This document shows, in pieces, positions 11,088 to 23,700 of a DNA stretch of 64,000 nucleotides. The stretch's first letter is position 1. Every line of letters starts with the position of its first letter. The stretch is from Balanoglossus misakiensis (Eukaryota > Animalia > Hemichordata). The position numbers were made by a program, and so were the translations under genes. A model generated the notes under the pieces. That model was not told the DNA's origin. It saw nothing but the letters and a program-made list of their open reading frames with translations, and ran no database searches. The stretch covers positions 7,542,390 through 7,606,389 of the forward strand of contig CM082580.2 of the NCBI GenBank assembly GCA_040954595.2. Direction: 5' to 3'.

Positions 11088-13466
11088 ATGAATTCTCCCA
11101 CACCACTATTGTCGGTTACGTTACTGATATATGTGACTATAGACACCTCGACCCCAAGTACTATACTACTTGTTCCGAGCGCCAGCTACGGCAGCTTGTT
11201 CCTCTTCATGGCGAAGATGGCCAATAATCTAGCAGAACGTGGGCACAATGTAAGTCTGGCTGTCTCCAGCGGTTCCTACCAACACGCTGTCGGCAGAGAA
11301 AATATAACTGGAATTAACGTAGTGACTTTTATCAGCTCAATTGGTCCAGTAGAATCGACGGATTTGATGAAGATGGTCTTGACTGGCAAAATGAACTGGT
11401 TGAGCTTCAGAAATGATTACAACACTGTCGTTGAGACATGCAACGACGTTTTTGCGGACACCCACTTTCTTCAGCGTCTGAAAGACAGGAGCTTTGATCT
11501 GGTCATAGCATGTGATACTTCTCCCTGTAGCGCCCTCCTGGCTAATTACCTGGAACGACCATTTGTCATGGTTTCAGCCAACCGCATTTACCCGGTCTGG
11601 AATGCGCACGCGTATTATATCCCAAACAACCCTGCCTACATACCGTGCTTGGGGACGGGCTTGGCAGACAAGATGAACTTCTTGGAGAGAGTCTACAACC
11701 TTGGTTACTTTTTCGTGATGCACATCACAGTCGACTACATGTTCGGACTTTTCGACGAAATCAAACGAAAGCACAACATCAGACCGGATTTGGGGTCGCG
11801 CGACCTGTTCTCCAACGCAGAGTTGTTTCTCTTCAGCACCGACCTGACGGTCAGTTACCCTCGTCCGCTGATGCCCAACGTGGTGTTCCTCGGGTCTGGG
11901 TATCTCATTGATCCCGTGAAACCGTTAGACAAGGTACGTATTAATCGGTTGCTCGATTATTTCAAGGACAGATAGTTTATCTGTTTGACAAATTTTGGTA
12001 AGCTGTCATGTTACCCACTCTTGTTTCGTAGACATTCGAGTCTCGTCAAGGTCCTTTTGTACGGAGAAAATATTTTTTTTTGTTTCATGTAGGACTTGGA
12101 ATCGTTCATTGATTCGTCGGGAGACAGTGGCGTTGTCATATTCTCACTTGGCACATTCGTTAAACTAACAGAAGATACCTTTAGGACATTTGCCATGGCC
12201 CTGGAAAGGCTGCCACAGAAGGTGATCGCCAAGTATGATGGAGACACAAAGCCTTCCTACCTGAACAATACCTCAAAGGTTAAACTTTTGAAGTGGATGC
12301 CTCAGAACGATCTGCTTGGTAAGAAAATAAAGCAACATTTACACCGTAATGCAAGAGGGAAAAATCACGTTTTAGTTACATTGTGTTGAATGAGTCAAGC
12401 CATGCATGGTTCCAGGATTGTGAAGTTTCGGGGGCGATAGTTACAGCACGCTCACAACTAATTGTTAACTACAGCAAATTAGTAGGCCGTGCGGACAGGA
12501 ACACAGTAGTGTTCAGTAAAACGAAAGGGAAAAACTGGCCACTGGAAGGGCCTAAGCTTATATAGCTACGAAAAATTTGCATATTAGGCCACATCCGCGC
12601 ACTAGCAGTACACCTGCCTTTTGAACAGCCAATGAGCAGAGCTTGCAGTAATAGCATGGTTGAGCGATAAAACGCGCAGGCGACGACTGATAGTGTTATT
12701 TTTATGTAGGCCCATTACCAAATACAAGTAAATTAATTTAGGTTAACATCTTTCCTTTCTAAAGGACACCCCAAAACCAGAGCTCTCGTCTATCACGGCG
12801 GCCTCAACGGCGTGCAAGAAGCCATCCACCACGCGGTGCCAGTTGTCGGCACTCCACTGTTTCTGGACCAAAAAGACAACGTGAAATACCTCGCAGACAA
12901 GGGCATGGCGATAGCATTGGACGTGGGCACAGTGACGTCGGGAGAGATGTACCGCGCCATCATGGAGGTCATCACAGATCCTAAGTCAGTACCGCTACAT
13001 TAACTATTTTTGAAATCTGTTGTACATGTAAAAAATTCTCTCTGAATCCCAAGTTTGGGAAAAAAGAAGCAAAATCCAATGCATTAGTGGTTGCCTTGGA
13101 AATCCATTCTTAACATCGATAACTTAGTGAACAGCTTAAACATGCATACTATAGTGCTGTGGACGGCTCAAGTAATCGGTGCTGTTTTCTTTCAGGTACA
13201 AAGAGAATGCGGATCGACTCTCTCGCATTCAAAGAGACAGGCCCATGTCGCCCAAAGACACTTCTATCTTTTGGATCGAATACGTCATTCGACACGGTGG
13301 GAAACATCTACGATCGCAGGCGTTCAATTTGAACTTCTTCCAGCACCACTGCATCGATGTTATCGCATTCGTGATCGTAGTTTTGGGATTTATAATGTTT
13401 GCTTTTGTGAAAACATGCTCGTTCTGTCTTCGAAAATGTAACAGGAGGAAGATCAAGACAAACTAG
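11088..13466 (+). CDS. UDP-glycosyltransferase (UGT/GT1 family, ER membrane type), ~520 aa
   Basis: Exons 11088-11933, 12093-12318, 12765-12984, 13196-13466, all GT-AG, total 1563 nt. Signal peptide, LAERGHNV, signature [55 protein letters not shown], TM helix, C-terminal KIKTN ER-retrieval motif. Confidence 0.95.
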
Positions 13467-13721
13467 TGTAGTTTTGTGAACATTGTAAGTGTGGTGGGGT
13501 TCAAAGGTTTAGAACCATTTGTTAATACATGTATAGAAACGTACATGTCGTCACAATATATATATATATGTACATGCATGGTATATATAGGTATAGCATA
13601 TAATCATATTGAAAACAGTCGTACAAATCACTAGCCGTGGAAACACTATTATATAGTAGTAAGACTTAGGCCTATACTTGATTAATTCCTATATGTGACA
13701 TTTTGTAAATGTATGACGGTA

Positions 13722-13760
13722 GTTCTCTTTTGGGAGTATGTGGTGGCCCTGAAAAGGGCC
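13722..13760 (-). terminator. Histone 3' processing signal: stem-loop plus histone downstream element
   Basis: Minus strand GGCCCTTTTCAGGGCC (13760-13745) followed by ACC, then purine-rich AAAAGAGAAC (13731-13722). Confidence 0.93.
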
Positions 13761-13793
13761 GTTTGGTTTGTGTATGCATGCAAGACACGCAGT

Positions 13794-14234
<441 letters not shown>

Positions 14235-14274
14235 TCAAGGGTGAAGATGTATTGGCCTCAGGATAGTGCAGGCC

Positions 14275-14397
14275 TATTTATACAACTCTTAGAAAGGTAT
14301 GAAGACCGCTGATTGGTTAAGCCACGGTAGGGTCTTTCACACTTATTAAAATTAACACCTCGAGCTCAGTTTAAGTGAGAGTGAGCTGTGATTGGTT
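14275..14397 (-). promoter_or_regulatory. H3 promoter: TATA box and two CCAAT boxes
   Basis: Minus-strand TATAAATA at 14282-14275; AACCAATC at ~14311-14318 and ~14390-14397. This is a typical histone H3 promoter layout. Confidence 0.75.
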
Positions 14398-14551
14398 CAT
14401 TAATGCATGCCAAATTAAATAAGATGATCCCACTTTTGCACCAAGCTGAAAAGATTACATAAAATTAAGCAGAGTTTTAAACAAAAATCAGTTGAAGACT
14501 CTTCCCAACATACTGGTTCCTTATTCATGGTCTATAAACACAAAACTCAAT

Positions 14552-17500
14552 CTATTTGATGCCTTTAGATTTGAGCGTTTCTCTCAATCGTTTCAAGTAG
14601 TCGGGGTCCGGATATCCGTTCCTGAAAGAAATAGTAAATCCAAGTTAAAGTATTGTTGTATATGACACAGATGTAAAGCAATTGCGTTTACAGCATCGAT
14701 ATCTCCCTTGGTTACATTACATTACATTACATTACATTACATTACATTGCAGAACTTACGCTTCTGGACCACCAGTGATACTCGTCTTGTGGATGATATC
14801 TTTCCAAGCGATGGTGCAAAGCTCGTCTTTTGAATCCGCCGCAAGTATGCCGAAGAGAAGGCCCTTGTCGAACGCAGTCTTGAGAAGTTTCTTCAGCTTC
14901 TGCCCGTCGCTGGTGTCGGGGAGATAAGCTCGGAACGAAGCGGCGGCGAATTTTTGCCCCGGCCGAGGGTGGCCACGCTGGGAAGAGATCATACGGGTAA
15001 CAGCTTGGTGACTTGACTGGCGTTAAAAGTTCAAGACAGCATTTTAGCGGATGTGAGGAAACGAACAGATAACAAACACTTGATACACACATGATTATGT
15101 TCTGGACCGTTAAGATCACTGAACTCCAGATCTCATTCGAAACATGCATATAAACCACCTGTCAGGCAACACACCGGATAGAAACACACAATTTAAGACG
15201 TGTGTATACAGTAAATGTGTGTGATATTTGTGTCTTTGCGGAAAATATCAGCTGTGTGTCAAATCACTTCAGTGCCTCGCCATCAATCGGCGGGTGTAGA
15301 AAACGTTTTTTTCAAGACAATTCTGAAAACAGCCATAACTAAGAAATCACGTTTAATAGCTACAGTGACACACCCACGACACACAGACTGTCTATATTAC
15401 CTCTTGGACGCCCTCTGGGAAATTATAATTCAGGATAATAGTGGGCTTCTTCTCGAATCCAGCCACATGCATTTTCTTGTCGACTTCAAAAGTCATAGTC
15501 CCCTTCGGCTGAGCTCCCTGCGGTGGCCAGTAAGTTTTCTCACATACGGGACACTTCAGTTCAGACCTGGCAGTTTCCATACAGTCTGAGCATAATTTGT
15601 GTTTACACTTGAGGAGCCTGGAAGGATCTTTCTGGGGTTTTGAACACCCGCGACAGGTTTTCTTGTCTTTTTCGCTTTCCTCTGGCTCTTCGTCTTTCTT
15701 TTCTTCCTTTTTCGCATCTTTGGAATCGTCTTTATTGTCTTTTGGGTCCGTTTTGTCGCCTTCCTTTTTCTGGTCCCGCCAAGATTTTTCTTTCGGTTTA
15801 CCTTCGCTTTCCGTCTTTGATTTCTGCGAAGCGGGTCTGCCGTCGGCGGTTCCACCTCCGCCCTCTTTCAAGCTGTGCTTACTCCCTCCTCCGTCTTTCA
15901 GGTCGGCTGTGCTCGACTCTTCTTTGCCGCTCTTCCGGCTTGTCGGTTGGCTCCCCTGAGATTTTGAACCGATGCTGGTGCGGCTTTTCTCAACCTCCCC
16001 CGCGCTCCGTCGACTTGTCCGTCCGCTGGTTTCGCCGGGCCCGATCTGCTTCAAGCTTCCCCTGTCACCTCTAGACGTCGGTTTCCCCCGTTCGCGTTCG
16101 GGCGACCTTCGGACGTGACTCTCCCTGCTCTCCAGTTCTATTCTCATCGCAGGGTGTGTCCCCCTGTGTGACGGTATCCCCACGGAAAACTGTCTGTTGA
16201 AGATGGCGCTGTACCGGTGCGCCACTTTGGGATCGTCTGCGACTATGCGAATGTCTCTTATCGTTGTCTTCGGGTTTCGCTTCAGGAAGCTGACCAGCGA
16301 AGCACACGCGATATCGCCGCTGATCTTGTACGGAAACCCTAAAATACCTGCGTCGAAGTTAGAATGGAAAGTAAGATGGTGTTAGGCATTTATTTCTCAG
16401 TCAAATTTGATCGCTTTCTGAAACTATTCGATTATTGGCTAGCTGTTGATTCAAATTTGCCGACTAACCTGTGCCAAGTGGGGGTATAGCGACAGAAACC
16501 GCTGCATATTTATGGGACGCTGCTAGAATATTCTTGTACGTTTCAGACAGGAGATTGGAACTCCACTCAGTGTTGGCCTCGGACCACCGTGGACTGACTG
16601 CGTGAACAACCAACGTGGCTTCCAACTTTCCACCGGAGGTTACCGCAACCTCCCCGGCCTTCAGACTGTCGTACCGCTTGAGGTACGCGCCCACCTCCTT
16701 CTGCACTACCGGTCCGGCCGCCTTGACGATGGTCACGCCGACGTCGCAGCTCGGCTGCAGCTGCTCGTTCACCGGGTTGACTAAGATGTCGGCCGTTTCT
16801 TCGGTGATGTCGCCTTTGAAAATGCGCACCTTGACCTCCTTGCTGGCCAGGATGTAGGTTCTGGTGAAGTGGTCCGGCCCCGTGTGCATCACTACTTCGC
16901 TGGTCCCGTTGGATACGGGAGTCTTGGTGACGTCTTCTCTGGAACTGCTTGGAATAAGTTCCGGTGTGGCAGATTTCCGTACGATTTCGGGTTCTATTCT
17001 ACTCTCAGACTGTGGTCTGCTCGGACTGATAAACGAAGGCGGACCGGCTGCTTCTATGTGAGTCTTTACCTTTGATGCGAGATGGTTCTTCGCGCTGCGA
17101 ACGTCCTCTTCGCCGATTCCGTAGAAACTGATGTAACCGGGCTTGCCTTTGCAGACCATGACTCGCGGGTACTTCCTCTCGCAGTCGTGTTTGGCGAACA
17201 CGAACGCCCTCTCGCTCATGGAGTCCGGCCTCTGCATCACGTCCACCTTGGTTTTGGCCCTGGTGTCCCGGTAAAGTTTTTTAAAAGACCCGACAGCGTT
17301 GAGAACGTTTTGCGTGTCCCAGGTGTCCTGCTGGTCGATGAAGGTGACCCTCGAGCTGCCCTTGTAGACAATCTGCACGTCGTGTCTGCGCTCGATTTCT
17401 TCGAGCTTGTCTTTAAGACAGTGCTCGAGGTAGTCTCGCAGAGTCTCGTCCATCTTCAGGGTGTTTCCGTGCGTCTGCTGCGCGTGCAGCACGTCGCGCA

Positions 17501-20500
17501 GGGCGTAGTTCTGCCAAATGATGTTGTCGTAGCCGGGCGTTGGCGGCGTCGGTGGGCGCGTTGGTCCCGACGAAAGGGTCAGAGCCGACCCGGTGTCATC
17601 CAAATCTTTCTTGTCCGGCTGGGGCCGTTCACGGACCAGAGACATCCTCACGTAGTCCTCCGCTCTACGAAATTGGCCCATTGTGCCGTTGACCTTGATC
17701 TCGCCGTCGATGGTTTTCCGAAATCTGATACCGGCGTGCTTTTCGAGTTTTTCCTCGGGTTTCTCCATCGTTTCTTCCAACGCAGATGCGAAGCGTGGAC
17801 TCAGCGTCCCTTCAACGTCGGTAAATATTTGCTGTAAAAGGAGTAAAAAGTAGAATATTGGAAAGATGCGTGCCGTCAGAGTAAATTCGATGTGTTCTGC
17901 CTAAAGAAACCGGCGAATGATTTTGACATAAAGAAAGAACGTGCACTTCCAGCACCTCGATCACGCCTACATGAGTGTGTGTGAGTGGGGGGGGGGGGGG
18001 GGGGTATACGCACCTGGGATGTTCTCGTTGTGGGGCGGCTATCCACAGTGATGTCAGAGAAGGCGGATCGTACTGACTTCGCATCCGAAGCTGCCGTCTG
18101 GAATTGAGGAACAAGAAATTTTGACTGCTGATATAATATGTGAGAGCAAATTCTACGATTTTGAATCGGGCTTTAATAATAAAAAAAAGAATTCTAACTA
18201 GGCACCGAGGAATTACAAAGACATGTATATATTCCACTACCCAATACTATAGACTCGTGGCGTGAACATAGTGGTACATTGTCAATTTACCTTGACTGAG
18301 GCCGTTTCCTCCTTATCAGGTTGATCGCCATCCGCTGTCTGTTCATGAAAGAAAACAGTGCGAGGTTTAGAATGTCAGCCTTTTTTATCGAGATGCGAAG
18401 ATTCGTTAGATGTATGCACGTTGATATCGACCCCAGTAAATGCCTTTTTTTGAACAAAGTATGCACAGAATTTACTCGTTTACATTCTATATGGACATTA
18501 CATCAGAAAGATATGCAGAAAGATATACCTTAACAGATGGCGATTTTTCTTTCTCCGATGGGACGGCTGACTGAAAGAGAAATTTACACTAGATTTAGAC
18601 TGTAAGAATTATCGAGATCATAAAAAATTATACATGATATCGACCTTTAGGTAATCTTTGTTTTCTTTCACATCGTAGAACCTAACAGGAAAACATTCAC
18701 AATAGTATACTTTACTTTCAAAATGACAAATATGCATGCACACCTTGGCCGATGGTTTTTCTGGTTTTTCCGATGGAACAGCAGACTGTAGTGGAAAATA
18801 AGAAGAACACAAGAGATATCAATGTGGACTCCGGCGATGGCATATTTCAAAAGTATTTCCCTCAGTCGAAAAGTTTGCAGACTTTTCAGATGACGATTTC
18901 TCTGAGCTGTCATCGTGAGAAAAACTTGTATGTCATTCTGTATACATTGCAGTGATAAAAAATAATGTAAAAGTGACAGAAATTCATGAAATATTACGAT
19001 TTCTGTAAATATCTAAATTACCTTAATGGACGCTGTATCCGTTTTAACCGGTTTCTTTTTCGTTGAAACAAGTCTCACGGTTGAACTTCTCCTGGAAGGT
19101 TTCTTTTCGTCCGTTTCTCGTTTCCATGACGACGCGGTAGTTTTTCTGGACTGGGGAGTCTGTGGCGTAGTTACCGGTTTGGCGGCTGGAGATCGCCGCG
19201 ACTTTTCCTCGTCGCTTTTCAGAGACGTTCGAGATTGTTGCGGCAAAGACGCGGTCGACGACTTGTTCTCTTCTTGGCCTTGGGTCGATATCGCACCTGG
19301 GTGGATGTCCACCGGGGGTGACGTCTCCTGCAGAAGCGGCGTTCTCGGCTGCAAGATGGACGACGTAGACGGCGTCGGGGTCTTCTGTCGTCCAGGCTCC
19401 TCGACCGCTGCAGGGGTCGCCTCCCTCGGGGTGGTTGGCGGCCTCTGCTGCGCGCTCACGGGTGTTCCGCGCTGCGATGGTGGCGCAGTTCCCGCCGGCG
19501 ACACACGTGCCGTGGGAAGTGGAGTTGCCTCCGGTTGCCTGAAAGACTGCGCATCGTCCCCCGGCTGGGATGCAGATGGTGTCCCTGCAAAAGAACGTCG
19601 ACCAGGTGTCGACTGCATTCTGGACGCCATGCTTTCAGCGCGACTCTGTGGCGTCGTCTCCCGGGGATAACCGTTGTCGTTCTGTTCCTCGTCATACGGC
19701 ACGTCCCCATGCTGGGCGGGTTCTCCGTAGTGCGAATCTGGCCGCTGTTCGCCGTCGTCGTACGGATAATCACCCGTATGCCCCTGTTCTTCTGGATATT
19801 CATCTCTGTAATCACGTGACGAACCATCTCGATATTCCTCTTGCTCTTGCTCTTGGTGTTGTTCATCCGGGGTCTCTTGTTGCCCAGGTGGTACGCACGG
19901 TTCGACGTATACCACCGCCTCTCCGATGGCGTGTCCTTGAACTTGGGATACTTGATCGGCGACTGGGAAAAGGGACAACGAGTGAACTGTCAGTATCATG
20001 CGCGGGAAGAATTCCAATAAAATGTATGTAAAATGTAGTTCAACTTAATGGTGTAGATACTGGTGTGAAAAAAACACGTAAATTGGCACTGAGAAGAACG
20101 TCCCTGTAACTTTAAATTGGTTTATGTCGCCCAGCCTCTATAAAGGAAGGAATTATTGGCCGAACATTAACCTACATATTTTTTTTTTTTTTTACTAAAC
20201 AGGGTCAGAATGTACATATAGTAAAATTCAGGTCACATTTTTTTTATCTATTATCCTGTTGTGATTCAATCAATACTGTTTCTTAAGTTGGTTGGCTCGC
20301 CTGTAATGGCAGGCAGGCGGATCGAAGTATAAGAGTGGACTTATATTACGAAATTCCACACAAATACATTTGAGACATTGCTACATTTAATGTGTTTCCA
20401 CAAATAGGCCACCGATCCCTGTGTACTCTAATGAAAGGAGTTAACGACACCATCAAATTCTCACTGCTTCGAGGGCCAAGCTATTCAGATCCTACCTTCC

Positions 20501-20703
20501 CGTTCAGCGAAGGTTATCTTGGCGGCAGAGTAGTCGTCCGCGAACACTATATTTTCCACATATCCGCCACCTATGGCCGGGTCGCTGAAATGTTCGTGCA
20601 AGACCAGTTCTGATACGCCTGGTTCGAGGTTAGTGACGATGATGCTTCGGTAATCGGTGTCGTCGCCGCCGTCCCCTTGATCGTAGTATTCCCCTTCCTC
20701 CAT
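14552..20703 (-). CDS. RRM-KH-like-Macro-RING-Deltex C-terminal (DTC) fusion E3 ligase, DTX3L-like, ~1292 aa
   Basis: Exons 20703-20496, 19962-19022, 18785-18744, 18570-18529, 18338-18291, 17831-16469, 16347-15401, 14977-14760, 14621-14552; all GT-AG, phases consistent, 3879 nt. PARP14/DTX3L-type RRM (IIVTNLEPG..HFSDPAIGGG..AKITF); macro GDITEE..VVHAVSPRW..SVAIPPLGTGILGFP; C3HC4 RING CRGC..CKH..CSDC..CPVC; DTC GAQPKGTM..HPRPG..RAYLPD..IIHKT..GYPDPDYLKRLRETLKSKGIK. Confidence 0.9.
14712..14748. repeat. (TTACA)n pentanucleotide microsatellite in the last intron of the Deltex-like gene
   Basis: Directly visible. Confidence 0.9.
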
Positions 20704-23700
20704 TTTCTTGTGTTTTTTTTTGTTCTTGCTGTTCGAGGAAGCTAAGTGGTGAAACGACGACAAAAGTGTGTGATTGTGCGTTGAGCATACACAATATACA
20801 CCATTTCTTATAGAAAAAAAAATGGGTACATTTCGTCAAGAATTTTGGAAAATGCAATGCGCGTATTTCATCGAAATCAGCCACCGTTATGAAGAACAAA
20901 ATGTTTTGAAGGACATGCATTGTCACAACAATAGATTCAGGTGAATATGGCCGGGACAACTACACTGCATGCGTGCTCGAACGACAGCTCATAAAATGAC
21001 CGAATTTTCTACACTCTCACCCACATCACACCACTTTTTCTACCATAAAACTATACCTTCAAACGATACAGGTGGCAGAGTTCGTTGTATAACTCCTTCA
21101 AAGTAAGATTCTGGTTAGAACACTTCACAAAACATGATGGGCTTTGCGGTGGGGTAATTTTTTCACAGCGGTCTTCGAGGTGGACTTTCTGCATTGTCTG
21201 TAGTTGCTATAGCAGGCTATCATGTTTTATAATGCAACGAGAGGGACAATAGGCGTATGTTTAGAGGTGACAGTGCTCTGAAAGGGACGAGTCACACGTG
21301 TTTATTTCACTGGGAGCCTTGGTTTATATATGGACAGTATTGTGTGGCGTCGTCGCCACGATGTTGGTATCTGACTCTTAAAGGGACTGTCCTGCCATTA
21401 ATGATGCATTTTCAGCACCCACTTCAAAACAGAAGAGCCCTCCTTCAAAACCAGTTCACTCACATCTTCCGACAACCGCGATTTAAAGTTTATCTCATCG
21501 ATTTGGCCCCGCGTAAAGCGATATATATACTTGTGGTACACGTAGCAAGATCTGGACTTTTAACAATTGTTTGTCTTATACAATTACCGAGATGTACAAT
21601 ACATTGTACTTCAATTAATATTTTGTGACCGACTATTATTATAAAACTTTTGTAATATGGCAATATGTACCATGGAAACTAGTTCAACTCCGTGTAAGTT
21701 CATCTATCACCGCGTTTTAGAATCTCTGTCAAAAAAATATTTTAACGTTTGTCTACTATGTGAATAAGGTGGTAACAACTGCTGGCAGCACACAATCATA
21801 AAAGCCGACACAACATGTTGATCGCATAGGTCAATGCCATAAATATGTTAAGGTCGCCGCGCAATTTTGTTGACCGCCTGAGTATAAGATCAGGGTTTAG
21901 ACTCTAGGTCAAGTCAATGTCTTTGTGACACTGCTTGGGAGTGAATACAGTGTCTCACACTGGACACCTTTGAGAGGTGTTTACTACAACAAAGACAGCG
22001 GATTACAATGTAGCTCTTTCAATTATTGAATCTCCGGCACAGTTTGACTTATCGGATGGGGCAGACCAGAGACTATTGGCCGGCCTGCCTGTTATTATAC
22101 TATTGAGCGCAATGAAGCGTGCAAAGGGGATTTCATGTGAGGGCAGCCTAATTCTCCCTACCTTAAGTAGGCTTTTGCTACCTAGGTGAGGGATAAAAAT
22201 CTCATATGGTCGAACTTTTACCCATAATACAATTATTATACCGTGATTTGACCCCCTAGCACAAAGTAAATAAGCAATTGGCTGCGATTGGCATGCACAT
22301 GGTTCACCCAACAGCTCGGGTGATGTCAACCATATGTAAATCCCTTGGCCCGAGCCAAGGCCTTCAAATTAACCTTGTGAGCGCATTAAAGCAAGCGTCA
22401 CACATCCTGGGATAAAAATACTGATAAATATTGTTTATTGAATATATATGTACACTTTGGGAATTCAAATACAATGGAATCAAGATTTTCAAAAAATCCA
22501 TGGTTTGCGGGCAATTTTTCCCCCCACAGACAATGCCGAGTTAGACATTTTCAATATGAAGTTTCTGGCACTTTTCTGTGCTGGGAAATACGATCAGCTG
22601 AACATGCACACCTGATACACAGCCACAAACCATGAATCCTATGAACCAATTATAACTGTAATGATGGTGGAATTTGTGTCGGTAGGAAAGCAACATTCAA
22701 GAACTTAAAAAATGGCTGAACTGAATTTGAGGTATTGATTGACATCTTTGAAATTATATGAAAAAAACTATGTAATCTGAAAGAATAAAGGGAACACATG
22801 AAGGAACAACAGCACACACACACATTGGGGACAGAGGCTGACATACAACCCCTCACAAACGGGGTGACAGTTTGTAGAACCACTGGTTACAATGACAGAC
22901 ACAGGTGCCCTGCATACAGTATACAGCTCAACTGCTCCTGGGCCTGGCTGCTGCTTAGTGCATTAAGCCTTGTGATATTTCCACACGCCCTCACAGTTCC
23001 TCACAAGGACACAGCTAGTACGTCTGGACATGGTCACTCGAGTGACCGTGGTCTGGATGGAACAGTGGACACAAATTGCACAGTTTATGCAGCGACATCA
23101 TCCAACAAGGACCCACTCACTCTGGGTCTCATCTTAAAGCTTGAACAAACAACGTTAGAACAACTACTGGAATAATCACTAGAAAAACACTCAAAACGAC
23201 TGGTGGAAACTGGAGCCAATTTGAAAGCTTAATTCTTGCATGGTAACTTGACACTAATAGTGAAGGTAAACGGGAGACAAAATAGCCAGGCTTTAAATAC
23301 AATCACTTCGAACTGAGCAATCAAGACCAAGAAAACATTTGACTTGAGGTGTTTTTACCTATTCTTGTATGCACATATCATTAAGGAAAAAAACCAGACA
23401 GGAATTCGATATCCTGGTCACATGAACCATCGGCCATGGGTCTAAAGTGATGGACCTACCACAGGTAGATTGTGAAACAAAATGTTTCCATGGTTTCTGT
23501 AAAAATTTACACAGCCTCCACCATTATGACATGTGGCACATTACCAAACTCAGACAGGTCTCAGCCTGTATTTCAAATGACCTATGACCTGTCGAACATT
23601 AATTGCAAATTTTGAAGAAGTTTATCAAAAGTACCAAATATTGATCACTGATGGTCTAATATGCAACAGCCATCAAACAAAGCTTAACGAAACAGTTAAT

